DNA of 64,000 nt from Chiloscyllium plagiosum (GCF_004010195.1 NC_057753.1:372536-436535); one strand, 5' to 3'. Numbered from the stretch's first letter, positions 1 through 12,185 are shown. Notes: generated by a model not told the origin, from the sequence alone. A program made the numbers and translations.

Positions 1-408
1 AGAACTTGTGTCCAGCAGCTGGTTAAATTCGGACGGGATTCTACAGAGGGCATGGTGCAGGATGGTAATGAACTGGAGGATTGTTGAAGGTGTCTGGGTA
101 ATGACACACTCTTAAATTGGGGCTCACAGCTGCTCATAAACAGGGGAGCGATTGCTCCAACCGCCTGGAAACTGGAGGAGAAAGTTGCAGCAGATGCTGG
201 AATTCATACTGGAAAGAAGACTTCATGCTGGAGATCTCAGTGGGCCAGGCACCGTCCGTGGACAGAAAGCAAGCTAACGTTTCAAGCCGAGATGAATCTT
301 CTGAGGACCTGCTGTGGTCACTAGTATTTTTTAGTTTCCGGTATAGAAGCTGGAGTTGTTTGTTGTGAATTTCAGTCCTGTCGTGACTTTTGTAACTTCC
401 TTTTGCAG

Positions 409-697
409 GGCAAATTTGCAGACGGGAAACGCAAATCGTCTCGATAACAGACACTCGACTCATCAGGACCTGAATATCACTGCACTTTTAAAGGGAGATG
501 GAAAAATATTTTCAACATCGGTGTGACTGGAAACAATCACTTGTGAACACACCCTAGTGAGATATACAAGTGAACTGACTGTGGGAAGAGCCTTAACCAG
601 TTAAAAGGCATCACGTCATTTACAGTGGGGAGAAACTGTTTGTGAACGATCATACAACCAATGGTCAGACTTGGAGAAATAAGAGGAGAGCAGAACA
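409..697 (+). pseudogene. Decayed zinc-finger units in the 5' part of the ZNF exon
   Basis: Frameshifted or stopped remnants such as TDCGKSLNQL...HHVIYSGEKLF between the acceptor and the ATG. Confidence 0.6.
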
Positions 698-1375
698 ATG
701 AAGAAACCATGGAAATGTGGGGACTGTGGGAAAAGATTCAAGCAGCCATCTCTGCTGGAAATCCATCGGCGCAGTCACACCGGGGAGAGGCCGTTCACCT
801 GCTTTGAGTGTGGGAAGGGATTTGCTGCTGCCTGCAATCTTCAGACACACCAGCGGCTTCACACCGGGGAGAGGCCGTTTGTCTGCTCAGACTGCGGGAA
901 GGCATTCAGTGATTCGTCCAGTCTGCGCAAGCACCAGCGTGTCCACACCGGGGAGAGACCATTCACCTGCACCGAGTGTGGGAAGGGGTTCATTGATTCC
1001 TCTAACCTCTTGACGCACCAGCGGCGAAGCCACGCCGCGGAGAGGCCGTTCGTCTGCTCTGACTGCGGGAAGGGCTTCGGTGATTCGTCGTCCCTGCTGA
1101 CACACCAGCGGGTTCACACCGGGGAGAGGCCGTTCGCCTGCTCCGAGTGCGGGAAGGGCTTCGGTGACGCATCCACCCTGAGGAAGCACCGCCGTGTTCA
1201 CACCGGGGAGAGGCCGTTCACCTGCCCCGAGTGCGGGAAGGGGTTCACTCAGTCCACGCACCTCTTGACACACCAGCGGGGCCACACTGGTGAGAAACCG
1301 TTCGCCTGCTCGGTGTGCGAGAAGAGATTCACCCGGTCATCCACCCTGCAGATGCACCAGCGAGTTCACAAGTGA
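698..1375 (+). CDS. C2H2 zinc-finger protein, 8 tandem fingers, no effector domain in this exon (225 aa)
   Basis: Eight CxxC-x12-H-x3/4-H units with TGERPF linkers. In-frame TAA at 680-682 precedes ATG 698. Polypyrimidine tract and AG acceptor at 407-408. Confidence 0.93.
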   Translation: MKKPWKCGDCGKRFKQPSLLEIHRRSHTGERPFTCFECGKGFAAACNLQTHQRLHTGERPFVCSDCGKAFSDSSSLRKHQRVHTGERPFTCTECGKGFIDSSNLLTHQRRSHAAERPFVCSDCGKGFGDSSSLLTHQRVHTGERPFACSECGKGFGDASTLRKHRRVHTGERPFTCPECGKGFTQSTHLLTHQRGHTGEKPFACSVCEKRFTRSSTLQMHQRVHK

Positions 1376-1599
1376 CAGTGCCAGGACTGGAGTTTGCTGT
1401 TCAAAAACCTTCATTTATGATGGTTGGCGTCTGCTGTGTGGACGTTAATGAGTCCATTGACTGAGGTAGTGCTTTTAATTTTCTTGGGATGTGGGCATTG
1501 CTGGCTGGCCAGCATTTATTGCTCATCCCTAAACATATCCCTTAAAGTTTGGGATGTGTGAGATGGATCAGTTGTGTTTAAATGATCAGCTCACTCAAC

Positions 1600-2180
1600 C
1601 TCGCCTTCGTTGCTCAGACCTTTGAGTATAGAGGTTGGGATGTCAAGTTGAGATTGTACAGTGTGGACTGTGTCCAGTTCTGGGTGCCCTGTTATAGGAA
1701 GGATGCTGTTCAGCTGGAGAGGGGGTTCTGAAGAGTTTTACCAGTATATTGCCAGGAATGGAGGGCTTGAGTTATAAGGAGAGGATGGACAGGCTGGGAC
1801 GTCTTTCACTTGACTATAGGAGGTTGAAAGGTAACCTTGTGGAGGTTTATAAAATCATGAGGGACAGAGATAAGGTGAATGGAGGGTGTTTTTGCCCTAG
1901 AGTGGGGGATTTCAAGACTAGGGGTCTTTTTTATTGGAGGTGAGAGGAGCAAATTTTAAAAAAAGACATGAATTAGATTAGATTACAGTATGGAAACAGG
2001 CCCTTCGGCCCAACAAGTCCACATCCGGGTCTCTGGTGCTGCAAGGCAGCAGTGCTAACCACTGTGCCACCGTGCCGCCCAAAAGAAGGGAAACTTCTTT
2101 TACAGAGAGTGTGGTTCATGTATGGAATGACCTTCCAGAGGAAGTGGTGGATGTGGGTCGTTACAATGTTTAAAAGACAT
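1600..2180 (+). mobile_element. CR1-clade LINE, 3' ORF2 fragment, interrupted by a SINE
   Basis: Encodes MLPGMEGLSYKERMDRL...RRLKGNLVEVYKIM, typical of the CR1 RT C-terminus. Confidence 0.85.
1972..2080 (-). mobile_element. HE1/V-SINE, internally deleted
   Basis: tRNA-like head joined directly to the CR1-like tail with (TCTAA)n. Confidence 0.8.
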
Positions 2181-2377
2181 TTAGCTTGCGAACCCACTTA
2201 GGTCCTGACCCCCACACTGGGAAGCGTTAGTATACACAGCAGAACCAAAGAGGAGCTGAGGCCGCAGTATAATCAACTGTGATGTTATCGATTGGTGGAG
2301 CAGGCTCAAGAGGCCGAATCACCTACTCCAGCTTTTAAGTTGTACATTTTAAATGTAATCAGTGCAGAAGATCTTTA

Positions 2378-3240
2378 TTACAGTCATGGAGTTGTACAGC
2401 ATGGTCCAACTCATCTATTCTGACCAGACACCCGAAATTAATCTCGTGACCCATTTCGCACCATTTGGGCTCACATCCCTCTGTACCCTTTCTATTCATG
2501 TACCCATCGGATACTTTTTAAATGCTGCAATTGTACCAGCCTTCACCACTTCCTCTGGCGGCTTGTTCCATTCACACACCACCCTCTGCACGAAAATGTT
2601 GTCCCTTTAGGTCCTTTTTCAATCTTTGGCCCCCCCTCACCCTAAACCTATGCCCTTTAGTTTTGGACTTCCCTACTCTGGGAAAAGACTCCAGCTATTC
2701 ACCTTATCCATACTCATGATTTTATAACCTCTATAAAGGTCACCCCCTCAAGCCTCCGACTTTCCAGGGAAAACAGCACCAGCCTATTCAGCCTCTCCCT
2801 TTAGCTCAAACATCCTTGTAAATCTTTTCTGCACCATTTCAAGTTTAACAACATCTGTCCTCTTGCAGGGAAACCAGAATTTGAACGCAGCATTCCAAAA
2901 GTGGCCAAACCAATTTTGGATGTAGGTTTGCTGGCTGAGCTGGAAGGTTCACTTCCAGATGTTTTGTCACCCTACTAGGTGACATCTTCAGTGGGCCTCC
3001 AGGCGAAGCTCTGCTGAAAATTCCTGCTTTCTATTTATATGTTTGGGTTTGATGATGACATCACCAGGAAATGACATCACCAACCCAAAGAAACCCAAAC
3101 ATATAGATGTTACCTAGTAGGGTGACAAAACCTCAACCTGAGCTACAAATCTTCTCAAGATTCGCTATGGCCTAACCCATGTCCTGTACAGCTGCAACAT
3201 GACATCCTAACTCCTATACTCATTGCTCTGACCAATATAG
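2378..3240 (-). mobile_element. CR1 LINE 3' fragment, interrupted by a Penelope-derived insertion
   Basis: Reverse complement of CR1 3' UTR and RT end; sequence resumes at about 3167. Confidence 0.8.
2914..3166. mobile_element. Penelope-like pLTR-derived inverted-repeat element (family D) with hammerhead-like core
   Basis: Minus strand 2961-2991 reads CTGAAGA-TGTCACC-TAGTAG-GGTGAC-AAAAC. A partial inverted copy lies at 3105-3131. The same tail follows the GIY-YIG remnant at 42660-42775. Confidence 0.7.
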
Positions 3241-3404
3241 GCTTGTTTCTCAGATAAGAACTTCTGTAATGACCGAGTGCCCTTGATAGTGCACCTTTCA
3301 GACTATTACAGAAGTTTGTGGGATCATTGGTTTTAGTAATGGTAGCATAGAGCACAAAGGGAGTTCTGGCGAACATTTGTCAATCTCCGTTTCTCTTAGC
3401 TGTA

Positions 3405-3910
3405 GTACTGTGTTCTGTTTTGGGGTCAACACTTTAGGAAGGATGTGAAAGCATTGGAGAGGCATGGAAAAGATTCAGAAGAAAGGGATGGGGAATTCCA
3501 GAAACATGGATAAATTGAGGAAGTTGATGCTGTTGGTCCTGAAGAGAAAGAGATTAAAGGAGGTTTTAAATAAGGGGTGTTCAAGGGTCTCTGAATAGGT
3601 GGGTAGTCAGAAACTGCTCCTCTTGTCAGACGGATGAAGAATCACGGGATGCAGACTTTAAAACGATAGATAGAAAAGTGACAAGAGAAAGGGAATAGTT
3701 TTACAACACACGAGTTGAGGATCTGGAACACACCACCTGAGAGTCCGGTGGAGATAGATTTGATAGAGGCGTTCAAGAGAGAACTGGATCGTTATCTGAA
3801 AAGCAGAAATATATTGGGCTGTGGAGAAATGGCAAACAGGTTGAACAAGTTGATTTCCCTCTTTGGAGGGCCAGCGTGGACACAATGGACCAAATGTGTA
3901 ACCATTCCAT
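3405..3910 (+). mobile_element. Old CR1 LINE 3' fragment
   Basis: Degenerate RT C-terminus (WNTPPESPVE...FKRELDRYL) and 3' tail. Confidence 0.65.
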
Positions 3911-4256
3911 GACATTATCATAATGGGCACTACAACCTTTGTCTTTAATCCGAGGACTTGTGACTGAAAGCAATTTGCAAGAAAAAAATCAACTTTACCT
4001 TTACTACATTTTATGTTCTTAATTTGGAACCACCAGAATGTCCTATAACTTTCCACTGATTAAATCTTCAGTTTGAAGCGTGCTAATTCATCACAATTCC
4101 TCATTGCCATAGTGTAATAGAGTCATACTGAGTTTGGAAGTTTTTACTCTGATTCTGTCTTCACAGAAGCTGCCAGACCTGCTGAGGTTCTCCAGTACTT
4201 GCTGTTTTTAACTCCCTGTATTATGGGATTAGTACAGTCAGGGGGATAGATCCCTG

Positions 4257-4825
4257 TGACCAAGGTGGCAGCAGAGTCGGAGACTTCAGCTGCAGCTAAC
4301 CTGCTCTGTCTGTTTCTTTCTCTTGGTATTTCTTTTCTTCACTTCCAGCCTCAAGCACGGTATCCGGCGAGGCGTCCTCTCGGCCCGGCTGGCGTGGTGG
4401 TATCTGGAGGCAGCAGGAGGGGACTGGGAAGCAGTGGTAACTACAATAGCATTGTGGTGCAACAGAGGAGGAGTGAGCAGTGAGGGAGGGCCCCCCCACC
4501 TCAGCATCTGCAGGATCGATGTCAAGAATAGACAGTGGAGGTATCCCAGAGAGCGAGCTAAGCAGAGGACTCAAACACTGTTGAACCTTTCACTTCCTTT
4601 ATTTTTCTAGTATATATTAGGAAGGGCGTTAATTTTATTTTTCTATTTAATCTACGAAAGTAATGCTCAACTTTTTAAAACTTTGTTTCTTTTACGAGCT
4701 TGTACTTGCGTTTTTGTACCTAGTACCTTTGTTTACCTAAAATGGCGCAGTGCGTGGCAAGATCATCTGCTTTTTACTGTACTCCTGCAGTTGAGTACAT
4801 GTGACAATAAAACCTACAAATCTAT
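4257..4825 (+). mobile_element. Non-autonomous retroposon-like element with stem-loop/AATAAA tail
   Basis: AAGGTGGC head, pyrimidine tract, GC-rich body. Tail has a TGTACTC/GAGTACA stem (4778-4799) and AATAAA at 4806-4811. Similar head architecture at 18755. Confidence 0.5.
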
Positions 4826-5489
4826 AGCCTTGACCAGGCGTTCCGATCGTTGTGTTGGCTGTTTGATGGTGACTTATAGATCAGACCAGACCTCCTCAAA
4901 ATGTTCAGAAGATAGTTTGGACCGTAGCTTTTTCTTGCTTCAAAACGTAAGAATGTAGTGCGGTATTCCAGATGTAATTTGATCGGGCAAGCTACCAGAT
5001 TTGAAGCAAAACACACTTTATTCATGCACTCTAGTTAAAATACAAGAACAAATTACATTTGCAATGCTGATAAACTAGATACAATTTCCACACCGGCTGA
5101 GGTAACCCTGAAAGTTCTGCCTTCTCAGCTGAGGTGTGGTGACACCTCTAAAGACAGAGCAGCCCTACAGTCCTTAAGCCAGCAATATACATCAAGACAC
5201 CCTGCCAGCCACCATGCACTCCATTATTATACAGCAGATCTACTGTATCCACCAGTATCACTTCACCATGGAGAGAGTGCAACAAAGGTTCATCAGACCA
5301 TTTCTAGGATTTCGTAGAATCCTCTGGATGGGTATATGAATAGGAAGGGTTTGGAGGATATGGCTGGGTACTGGCAGGTGGGACTAGATTGGGTTGGGAT
5401 ATCTGGTCGGCATGGACAGGTTGGACCGAAGGGTCTGTTTCCATGCTGTACATCTCTATGACTTAGTGTGGAGGTAAGCGATTTCACCC

Positions 5490-5740
5490 ATAGAGTCTAC
5501 ACAACCCCTGCTCTCGAGCATCCCACCCAGACCCATTCCCATTCCCCTACCCTATCCTGGTAACCCTGCATTCCGATGGCTAATCCACCTAACTTGCACA
5601 TTCCTGGGCAATTCAGTATGGCCAATCCACCTAATCTGCACATCTCTGGACTGTGGAAGGAAACTGGAGCACCCGGAGGAAACTCCTGCAGATGGGGAGA
5701 ATGCGTAAACTCCACGCAGCCAGTCGCCTGGAATCGAACT
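5490..5740 (-). mobile_element. HE1/V-SINE with duplicated internal unit
   Basis: V-domain and tail on the minus strand; two copies of the ~52-bp internal unit. Confidence 0.8.
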
Positions 5741-6093
5741 CACCGTTCATGGACGGTGCTAACCAGTGTCTAAGTGTTGTGTAGCAAAACAGTGATGTGT
5801 AGTCACTCCTAAGTCTCAACTAAACTCATGAGAGACTATTGTGAAATTCAGATGTAGTTTATTATTATGTACTTGGTAATAAACCTATTCTGCTCTATCA
5901 GACCAAGCCTCATGAATGAGTACCTATTTCCCTGTGTGGTAGCAGTAACCACTATTGATAAAGATGATTGGTGGGAGTGCACCTGCCTGAAATATCACAT
6001 AGTTCTGTGGACACAGCCACAGCACAGACCAGGCATTTGCCATGGAGCATGTTGGACACCAGTGGTTGTCAGCGCACTGTAACTTTTAATGGC

Positions 6094-6302
6094 CATAATT
6101 AGGAGATGCCGGTGTTGGACTGGGGTGGACAAAGTTAAAAATCACACAACACCAGGTTATAGTCCAACAGGTTTAATTGGAAGTACACTAGCTTTCGGAG
6201 CGACGCTCCTTCACAAGCACCTGATGAGGGAGCAGTGCTCTGAAACCAATGCTTCCAATTCAACCTGTTGGACTATAACCTGGTGTTGTGTGATTTTTAA
6301 AA
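6094..6302. mobile_element. Palindromic Penelope-derived element (family B) with hammerhead-like cores
   Basis: Inverted arms; CTGATGA-GGGAGC-AGT-GCTCT-GAAA at about 6221-6245; TSD TTTTAATGGC at 6084-6093 and 6303-6312. Confidence 0.8.
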
Positions 6303-6619
6303 TTTTAATGGCAGAGACTTCAAAACAAGTGGGAAAGGTAGCTGCAGAGGAAAATAGCGTGTGTGTTGAGGTGCAGAATAACTGCCTTGCGAGCGGATGT
6401 GCTGTTTCCCACTGGACCAGAGGTAGCAAGGGAATGGGGAGTGGGAGAGCAGAGGGGCTGAACGGCCAGGGTCACCCTCAGCAAATGGTCGTTGGCAGGG
6501 GTAGGTTCCGTCCCCCCCAGTGTAATGCTTGTTGTTCTGCAATGGGTGGAGAAAGGCTGTCCCCATCTCAACCCGCGTGTTGGGACAAAGATACTCCCTC
6601 CAGGGCTCTGGGACCAGCC

Positions 6620-7240
6620 GACCCTGGGGCCCCGCCCACCCACCGTCCTCGAAGCCCCCGCCCACCCACCCATTGTCCTCGAAGCCCCACCCATTGCCGC
6701 GGAGATGCGGCTGCGACGCATGCGCGCCCGCGGCCCGCAAGATGGCGGCCGGTTCCCATGGTACCGCGACCTGACCGTCCGTTGCAAAGAGCAAGTCAAC
6801 GACCGCCCTTTCCATGGAAGGGGTTGCTCCCTTTCTGCCTTTCCCCCAAGAGATGTCCGCTAACCCGCTGAGCGGTTTTCAGCGTCGTCCTACCCCCCCC
6901 TCCTCCTCCTCCAGCGGCTCTGTCCTGCCCCGACCGGCCGATCGACTGAACCGGAAGGGGCGGGGCCTGAAGGGTCAGCGCCGACCCGCCGATGAGTGAC
7001 GGCGCCAGGAGCCGATAGAGAGCAGGACCCGCCTTGGAGGACCCAGCGGTCCTCCAACCAATCAGGGATTCCTCTCTGGCGGGAGGGGTGGGACTAGCAC
7101 TGATGGTTGGAACCTTGCAGGGTTGTTGTTGTTGTCCTTGTGTCTTCATTGTCCCAGGAACTTCCATGAGCAGACCTTGCAGCTGGGCTTGGGCTGTGTT
7201 TTAATCTCACTGGCCAAGGGACATGAAGCAAGTAAGACGT
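6620..7240 (+). promoter_or_regulatory. CpG-island promoter and probable non-coding first exon of the 12-finger ZNF gene
   Basis: High CpG density. NRF1-like ACGCATGCGCG 6716-6726, YY1 CAAGATGGCGGC 6738-6749, ETS CCGGAAG 6951-6957, GC box 6957-6966, CCAAT 7058-7062. Donor CAA|GTAAGA at 7232; candidate acceptor AG at 7720-7721. Confidence 0.75.
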
Positions 7241-8001
7241 AGATTACTTTTTGTTTTAGAATTTTGCGGCTTAACAAAATTGAGACTTGCACCGTGGATT
7301 TCGATCTTTGCGGTCAAGTCACAGCTAATTGATGGGGCTGAGCAGCGAGGAGTGGCCGTAACCCTGCTTTCCCCACTGCTGCTGGGTCCAGATGTTTCAC
7401 CAAAGCTGGTGGGGTGATGGGACGCTGCAAGCTGAGCACAGAGGGGGCTGTGGAGCATGGAAGGAAGTCTCCAATTGGGATGCGCAGCAGGTTGTCCAAG
7501 GAGGTGGGGGGAAGGTAGGAGAAGGGAGGGGGCAGAAGATGTGCCCAGGGAGAAGTGAGGTTTCAGAGTAGGGTCGGGTCCTGAGGAAGGAGGCCAAGGG
7601 CAGGACCGCATCCAAATTCACGCGGCTGGTTGGAGTTCTGAGGGAGTGTTGCGTAGGAGTTAGAATATTGAGTTTGAATCCCGTGCCTCCAATCCTGATG
7701 TTTGCAAACTCCTTTCACAAGGTACCGCCGGAGGCAGGGAGAGAACCTGGTGCATCGCTCGATTCAGCCGGGACCTGAATGTCATCAGCCTTTGATTGTG
7801 GAATGTTCGTCTCTGCAAAACGGTGTTAAACGTCAACGTGACCGGGAAAGCAGAAAGGTGTACACACGAGTGAGAGTGTTCCAGTTCACTGGCTGGAAAA
7901 CTTTAGCATTCTATGAAAACGCATCACAACGGGAACAAACGGGCCACGTGTTCTGAGTGTGGATGAGACTTTAATTGGATTAAGCAGACATAAGGCCGCC
8001 C

Positions 8002-9015
8002 ATGGAGAAGCCATGGAAATGTGTGGACTGTGGGAAGGGGTTTAATTATCCATCCCAACTGGAATCTCATCGACGCAGTCACACCGGGGAGAGACCATTC
8101 ACCTGCTGCGAGTGTGGGAAAGGGTTCAATGATTCGTCCAGCCTGCAGACGCACCAGCGAGTCCACACCGGCGAGAGACCATTCATCTGCTCGGAGTGCG
8201 GGAAAGGATTCACAGATTCATCTAACCTACAGAGGCACTGGCGTACTCACACCGGGGAGAGGCCATTCACCTGCTGTGAGTGCGGGAAGGGCTTCGGTGA
8301 TTCGTCCAGCCTGCTGACCCACCAGCGAGTCCACACCGGCGAGAGGCCGTTCATCTGCTCCGAGTGCGGGAAGGGCTTCGCGCAGTCAGCGAACCTGCTG
8401 GCCCACCAGCGGGTCCACACCGGGGAGAAGCCGTTCACCTGCCCCGTGTGCGGGAAGGCCTTCAGTCAGTCATCCAACCTGCTCACCCACCAGCGGCTTC
8501 ACACCGGGGAGAGGCCCTTCATCTGCTCCATGTGCGGGGAGGGATTCGACGACTCGGCTGCCCTCCAGAGCCACTGGCAGGTTCATTACGGGGAGAGGCC
8601 GTTCACCTGCGCGGAGTGCGGCAGGGGCTTCACTCACTCCTCCCACCTCCTGAAGCACCAGCGCAGTCACACCGGGGAGAGGCCGTTCACCTGCTCCGAG
8701 TGCGGCAAGGCCTTCAGCCAGTTCTCCAACCTGCTGACGCACGGCCGCACCCACACCGGGGAGAGGCCGTTCACCTGCTCTGACTGCCGGAAGGGCTTCA
8801 CTCAGTTATCCAGCCTGCTGACCCACAGGCGCACCCACACCGGGGAGAGGCCGTTCGCCTGCACCGTGTGCGGGAACGGATTCAGCGATTCGTCCACCCT
8901 GCGCAAACACCGCCTCGTGCACACCGGGGAGAAGCCCTTCACCTGCACCCTGTGTGGGAAGGGGTTCACCTCTTCCTCCAACCTCCTCAGGCACCAGAGC
9001 GGTCACCCCGACTAG
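8002..9015 (+). CDS. C2H2 zinc-finger protein, 12 tandem fingers, no effector domain in this exon (337 aa)
   Basis: Twelve intact C2H2 units with TGE(R/K)PF linkers. In-frame TAA at 7981-7983, then GCCGCCCATGG start. Decayed fingers lie upstream at about 7800-8000. Confidence 0.94.
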   Translation: MEKPWKCVDCGKGFNYPSQLESHRRSHTGERPFTCCECGKGFNDSSSLQTHQRVHTGERPFICSECGKGFTDSSNLQRHWRTHTGERPFTCCECGKGFGDSSSLLTHQRVHTGERPFICSECGKGFAQSANLLAHQRVHTGEKPFTCPVCGKAFSQSSNLLTHQRLHTGERPFICSMCGEGFDDSAALQSHWQVHYGERPFTCAECGRGFTHSSHLLKHQRSHTGERPFTCSECGKAFSQFSNLLTHGRTHTGERPFTCSDCRKGFTQLSSLLTHRRTHTGERPFACTVCGNGFSDSSTLRKHRLVHTGEKPFTCTLCGKGFTSSSNLLRHQSGHPD

Positions 9016-9403
9016 AGACCCCTGCAAGCAGACTGACTTGGGGTGGCGCCCCCAATGGGACTGACGGGCCAGCGGCAAATTTGCGAGGGGGAGAGGGCAT
9101 TACGGCTGCTTCCGCAGCACCAAGAGATTTGGGCAGCGAGTTCACAAGAGCTTCAAGGATTAGATTCTGATGTTGCTGACATTCAGGACTGAACCATGTT
9201 CATTCTGATTGCTGGGGATTTTGTTTCCACTGACGAGAATAAGTGAGCTGGAGATTAAAAATTCAGGATGTGTTAAATATACTTTATCATTTCTGTGCCA
9301 ACTCCTTGTGTCTGAAGTTAAGCCAAGAGCTCAGTATGACTCATGAGCACGACAGTGCATCTTTTAAGGCCGTTGTAAAATCTGCTGGGGTCATTGACTT
9401 GTT

Positions 9404-9634
9404 ACCAAAAGAGAAAATGCTGGAAAATCACAGCAGGTCTGGCTGCATCTGTAAGGAGAGAAAAGAGCTGATGTTTCGAGTCGAACTGACCCTTTGTCAA
9501 AGCTGATAAAGGGTCAGTTAGACTCAAAACGTCAGCCCTTTTCTCTCCTTACAGATACAGCCAGACCTGCTGTGATTTTCCAGCATTTTCTCTTTTGGTT
9601 TCAGATTTCAGCATCCGCAGTAATTTGCTTTTAT
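9404..9634. mobile_element. Palindromic Penelope-derived element (family C)
   Basis: About 95-bp inverted arms centred near 9500 with degenerate cores (GGGTCAGTTCGACTC-GAAAC). TSD TCATTGACTTG at 9391-9401 and 9635-9645. Confidence 0.75.
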
Positions 9635-10584
9635 TCATTGACTTGATTACTGGAGGCATAGAGCACAAAAGTAGAGGCAGTTATGGTGAATCTTTGCTTC
9701 AGTATCATTGTGTCCAAATGGCAGATGGAGTTTAATTTGGATAAATGCGAGGTGTTGCATTTTGCTAGGGAGACTTACACAATTAAAAGTAGGGCTTTGG
9801 GTACAAAGAACAAAGAATATTCCAGCACAGGAACAGGCCCTTCGGCCCTCCAAGCCTGCGCCGATCCAGATCCTCTATCTAAATCTGTCACCTATTTTCT
9901 AAGGGTCTGCTCCCTGCCCATTACTGTATCTGTCTAGATACATCTTAAATGACACTATCGTGCTCGCCTCTACCACCTCCACTGGCAATGTGATCCAGGT
10001 ACCCATCACCCTCTGTGTAAAGAACTTTCCACGCTTATCTCCCTTAACCTTTTCCCCTCTCACCTTGAACTTGTGACCCCTAGTAATCGAGCCCCTCACT
10101 CTGGGGGAAAAAGCTTCTTGCTATCCACCCTGTCTGTACCTATCAAGGTTTTGTAGGCCTCCATCAGGTTCCCCCATCAACCTCCAATGAAAATAATTCT
10201 GATCTATTCAACCTCTCTTCATAGCTAGCACCCTCCATACCAGGTGAACGTCCTCTGCACCCTCTCCAAAGCATCCATATCCTTTTGGTAATGTGGCAAC
10301 CATATTTGTACGCAATGTTCCAAATGTAGTGTTGTAGAACAGAGAGAGACCTCGGGGTTCAGGTACATAATTCTTTGGAATTTCCGTCATAGGTGAGCAG
10401 GGTGGTTAAGAAGGCATTTAATGTGCTTGCCTTCATTGCTCAAACTTTTGAGTACAGGAGTTGGGACGTCATGTTGAGGTCATACAGGACGTTGCTGAGG
10501 ACAGTCTAGTTTGGGTCACCCAGGAGATTATTAAACTGGAGAGGGTTCAAAAAAAAGAGACTCACCAGGATGTTGCTGGGAATT

Positions 10585-11200
10585 TTTTAAAGAATTCATT
10601 CACAGGATGAGGGCCTGGCTAGCCAGGCCCAGCATTTATTGCCCCATGGGTGGCACGGTGGCTCAGTGGTTAGCACTGCTGCCTCACAGCGCCAGGGACC
10701 CGGGTTCGATTCCAGCCTTGAGCGACTGTCTGTGTGGGTTTCCTCCAGGTGCTCCGGTTTCCTCCCACAGTCCAAAGTTGTGCAGGTTTGGGTGAATTGG
10801 CCATGCTAAATTGCCCGTAGTGTTAGGTGCATTAGTCAGAGGGAAATGGGTCTGGGTGGGTTACTCTTTGGAGGGTCGGTGTGGACTAGTTGGGCTGAAG
10901 GGCCTGTTTCCACACTGTGGGGAATCTAATCTAATCTTCCCACAATCCCGAATTACCCAGAGGGCCGTTAAGAGTCAACCACATTGCTGTGGGTCTGGAA
11001 TCACACGCAGGCCCAGACTCGATGAGGGTGGCAGACCTCCTCAGATGGGCTTTTCCAACGATCGACAATGGATTCACGGTCATCATGAGACTTTTCGTTC
11101 CAGATTTTTATTAAATTCAAATTCCACCATGTGCCATGGAGAGATTCAAACCCGGCTCCCCAGAACATTGCCTGGTCTCTGGATTAATCATCCAGCCAGG
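10585..11200 (-). mobile_element. Second tRNA-like SINE family (unnamed here), split by an HE1 SINE
   Basis: Reverse complement of the element at 28670-29008. Confidence 0.65.
10647..10936 (+). mobile_element. HE1/V-SINE
   Basis: A box TGGCTCAGTGG, B box GGTTCGATTCC, V-domain, CR1-like tail with (TCTAA)n. Confidence 0.9.
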
Positions 11201-12185
11201 CCATTGACTCTCCTTGTGGAGGGTTTGAGTTATGGTGAAGGGGACTGTCTTCCCTGGAGTGTAGGAGGTTCAGGGGTTATAGAAGTCTCTGAAATCACGA
11301 GGGGTATGGATGAGGTGAATGTCAGCTGTCTTTTCCCTAGAGTAGGGTATTTCAAGACTAAGAGGGGCATATTTTTAGGCTGAGAGGAGCAAGGTTTAAA
11401 AAAGGACATGGGGCCAATGTTTTTACACAGAGAGTGGTTCTTGTGTGGAATGAACTTCCAGAGGAAGTCGTTTCTGTGAGCACCGTTACAATGTTTAAAA
11501 GACATGGAGCGTCGGAGGCTGAGGGGTGACCTTATAGAGGTTTACAAAATCATGAGGGGCATGGATAGGGTAAACAGGCAAAGTCTTTTCCCTGGGGTAG
11601 GGGAGTCCAGAACTAGAGGGCATAGGTTTAGGGTGAGAGGGGAAAGATATACAAGAGACCTAAGGGGCAACTTTTTCACACAGAGGGTGGTACGTGTATG
11701 GAATGAGCTGCCAGAGGATGTAGTGGAGACTGGTACAGTTGCAACATTTAAGAGGCATTTGGATGGGGATATGAATAGGAAGGGTTTGGAGGGATATGGG
11801 CCGGGTGCTGGCAGGTGGGACTAGATTGGGTTGGGATATCTGGTCGGCATGGACGGGTTGGACCGAAGGGTTCTGTTTCCATGCTCTTTGACTCTCTGTG
11901 CCTCAAATCTGAGGAGCGCCTTTAGGAAAGATGTGAGGGCATTGGAAGGGGTGCGGCAAAGATTCGAGAGAATGATCTTCGGCATGAGGAAGCTAAGTGG
12001 ATAAACCTGAATGACTGGAGAGAGACGATTGAGAGATCTGATAGAGTTGTTCAAAACCACAATAAGAGGGGACAGAACATCTCAGGAGAATGATGGGTGA
12101 AAGGATCAGGAACTCAAAGACACCAACTTAAGGCGATTAACAAAAGAAGCAAATAGTCACTTGGTAGTGCAGAACTTGAGAGTGT

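Larger units (their letters stand above)
9700..11895. mobile_element. Nested CR1 LINE fragments: plus-strand host, minus insert 9803-10330, young plus 3' end 11503-11895
   Basis: KWQMEFNLDKCEVLHF and RRLRGDLIEVYKIMRG motifs plus CR1 3' tails. Confidence 0.85.

Noticed and set aside
6089..6871. 260-aa ORF upstream of the second ZNF gene
   Set aside because: It begins inside a Penelope palindrome and runs through the stop-poor CpG island; no domain recognised.
717..9170. Alternative-frame and antisense ORFs over the ZNF exons
   Set aside because: Shadows of GC-rich repetitive finger codons.
10647..10720. tRNA genes
   Set aside because: A/B-box sequences are SINE heads continuing into the V-domain. 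The tRNA-Ser match at 43287 is only an 18-nt PBS.
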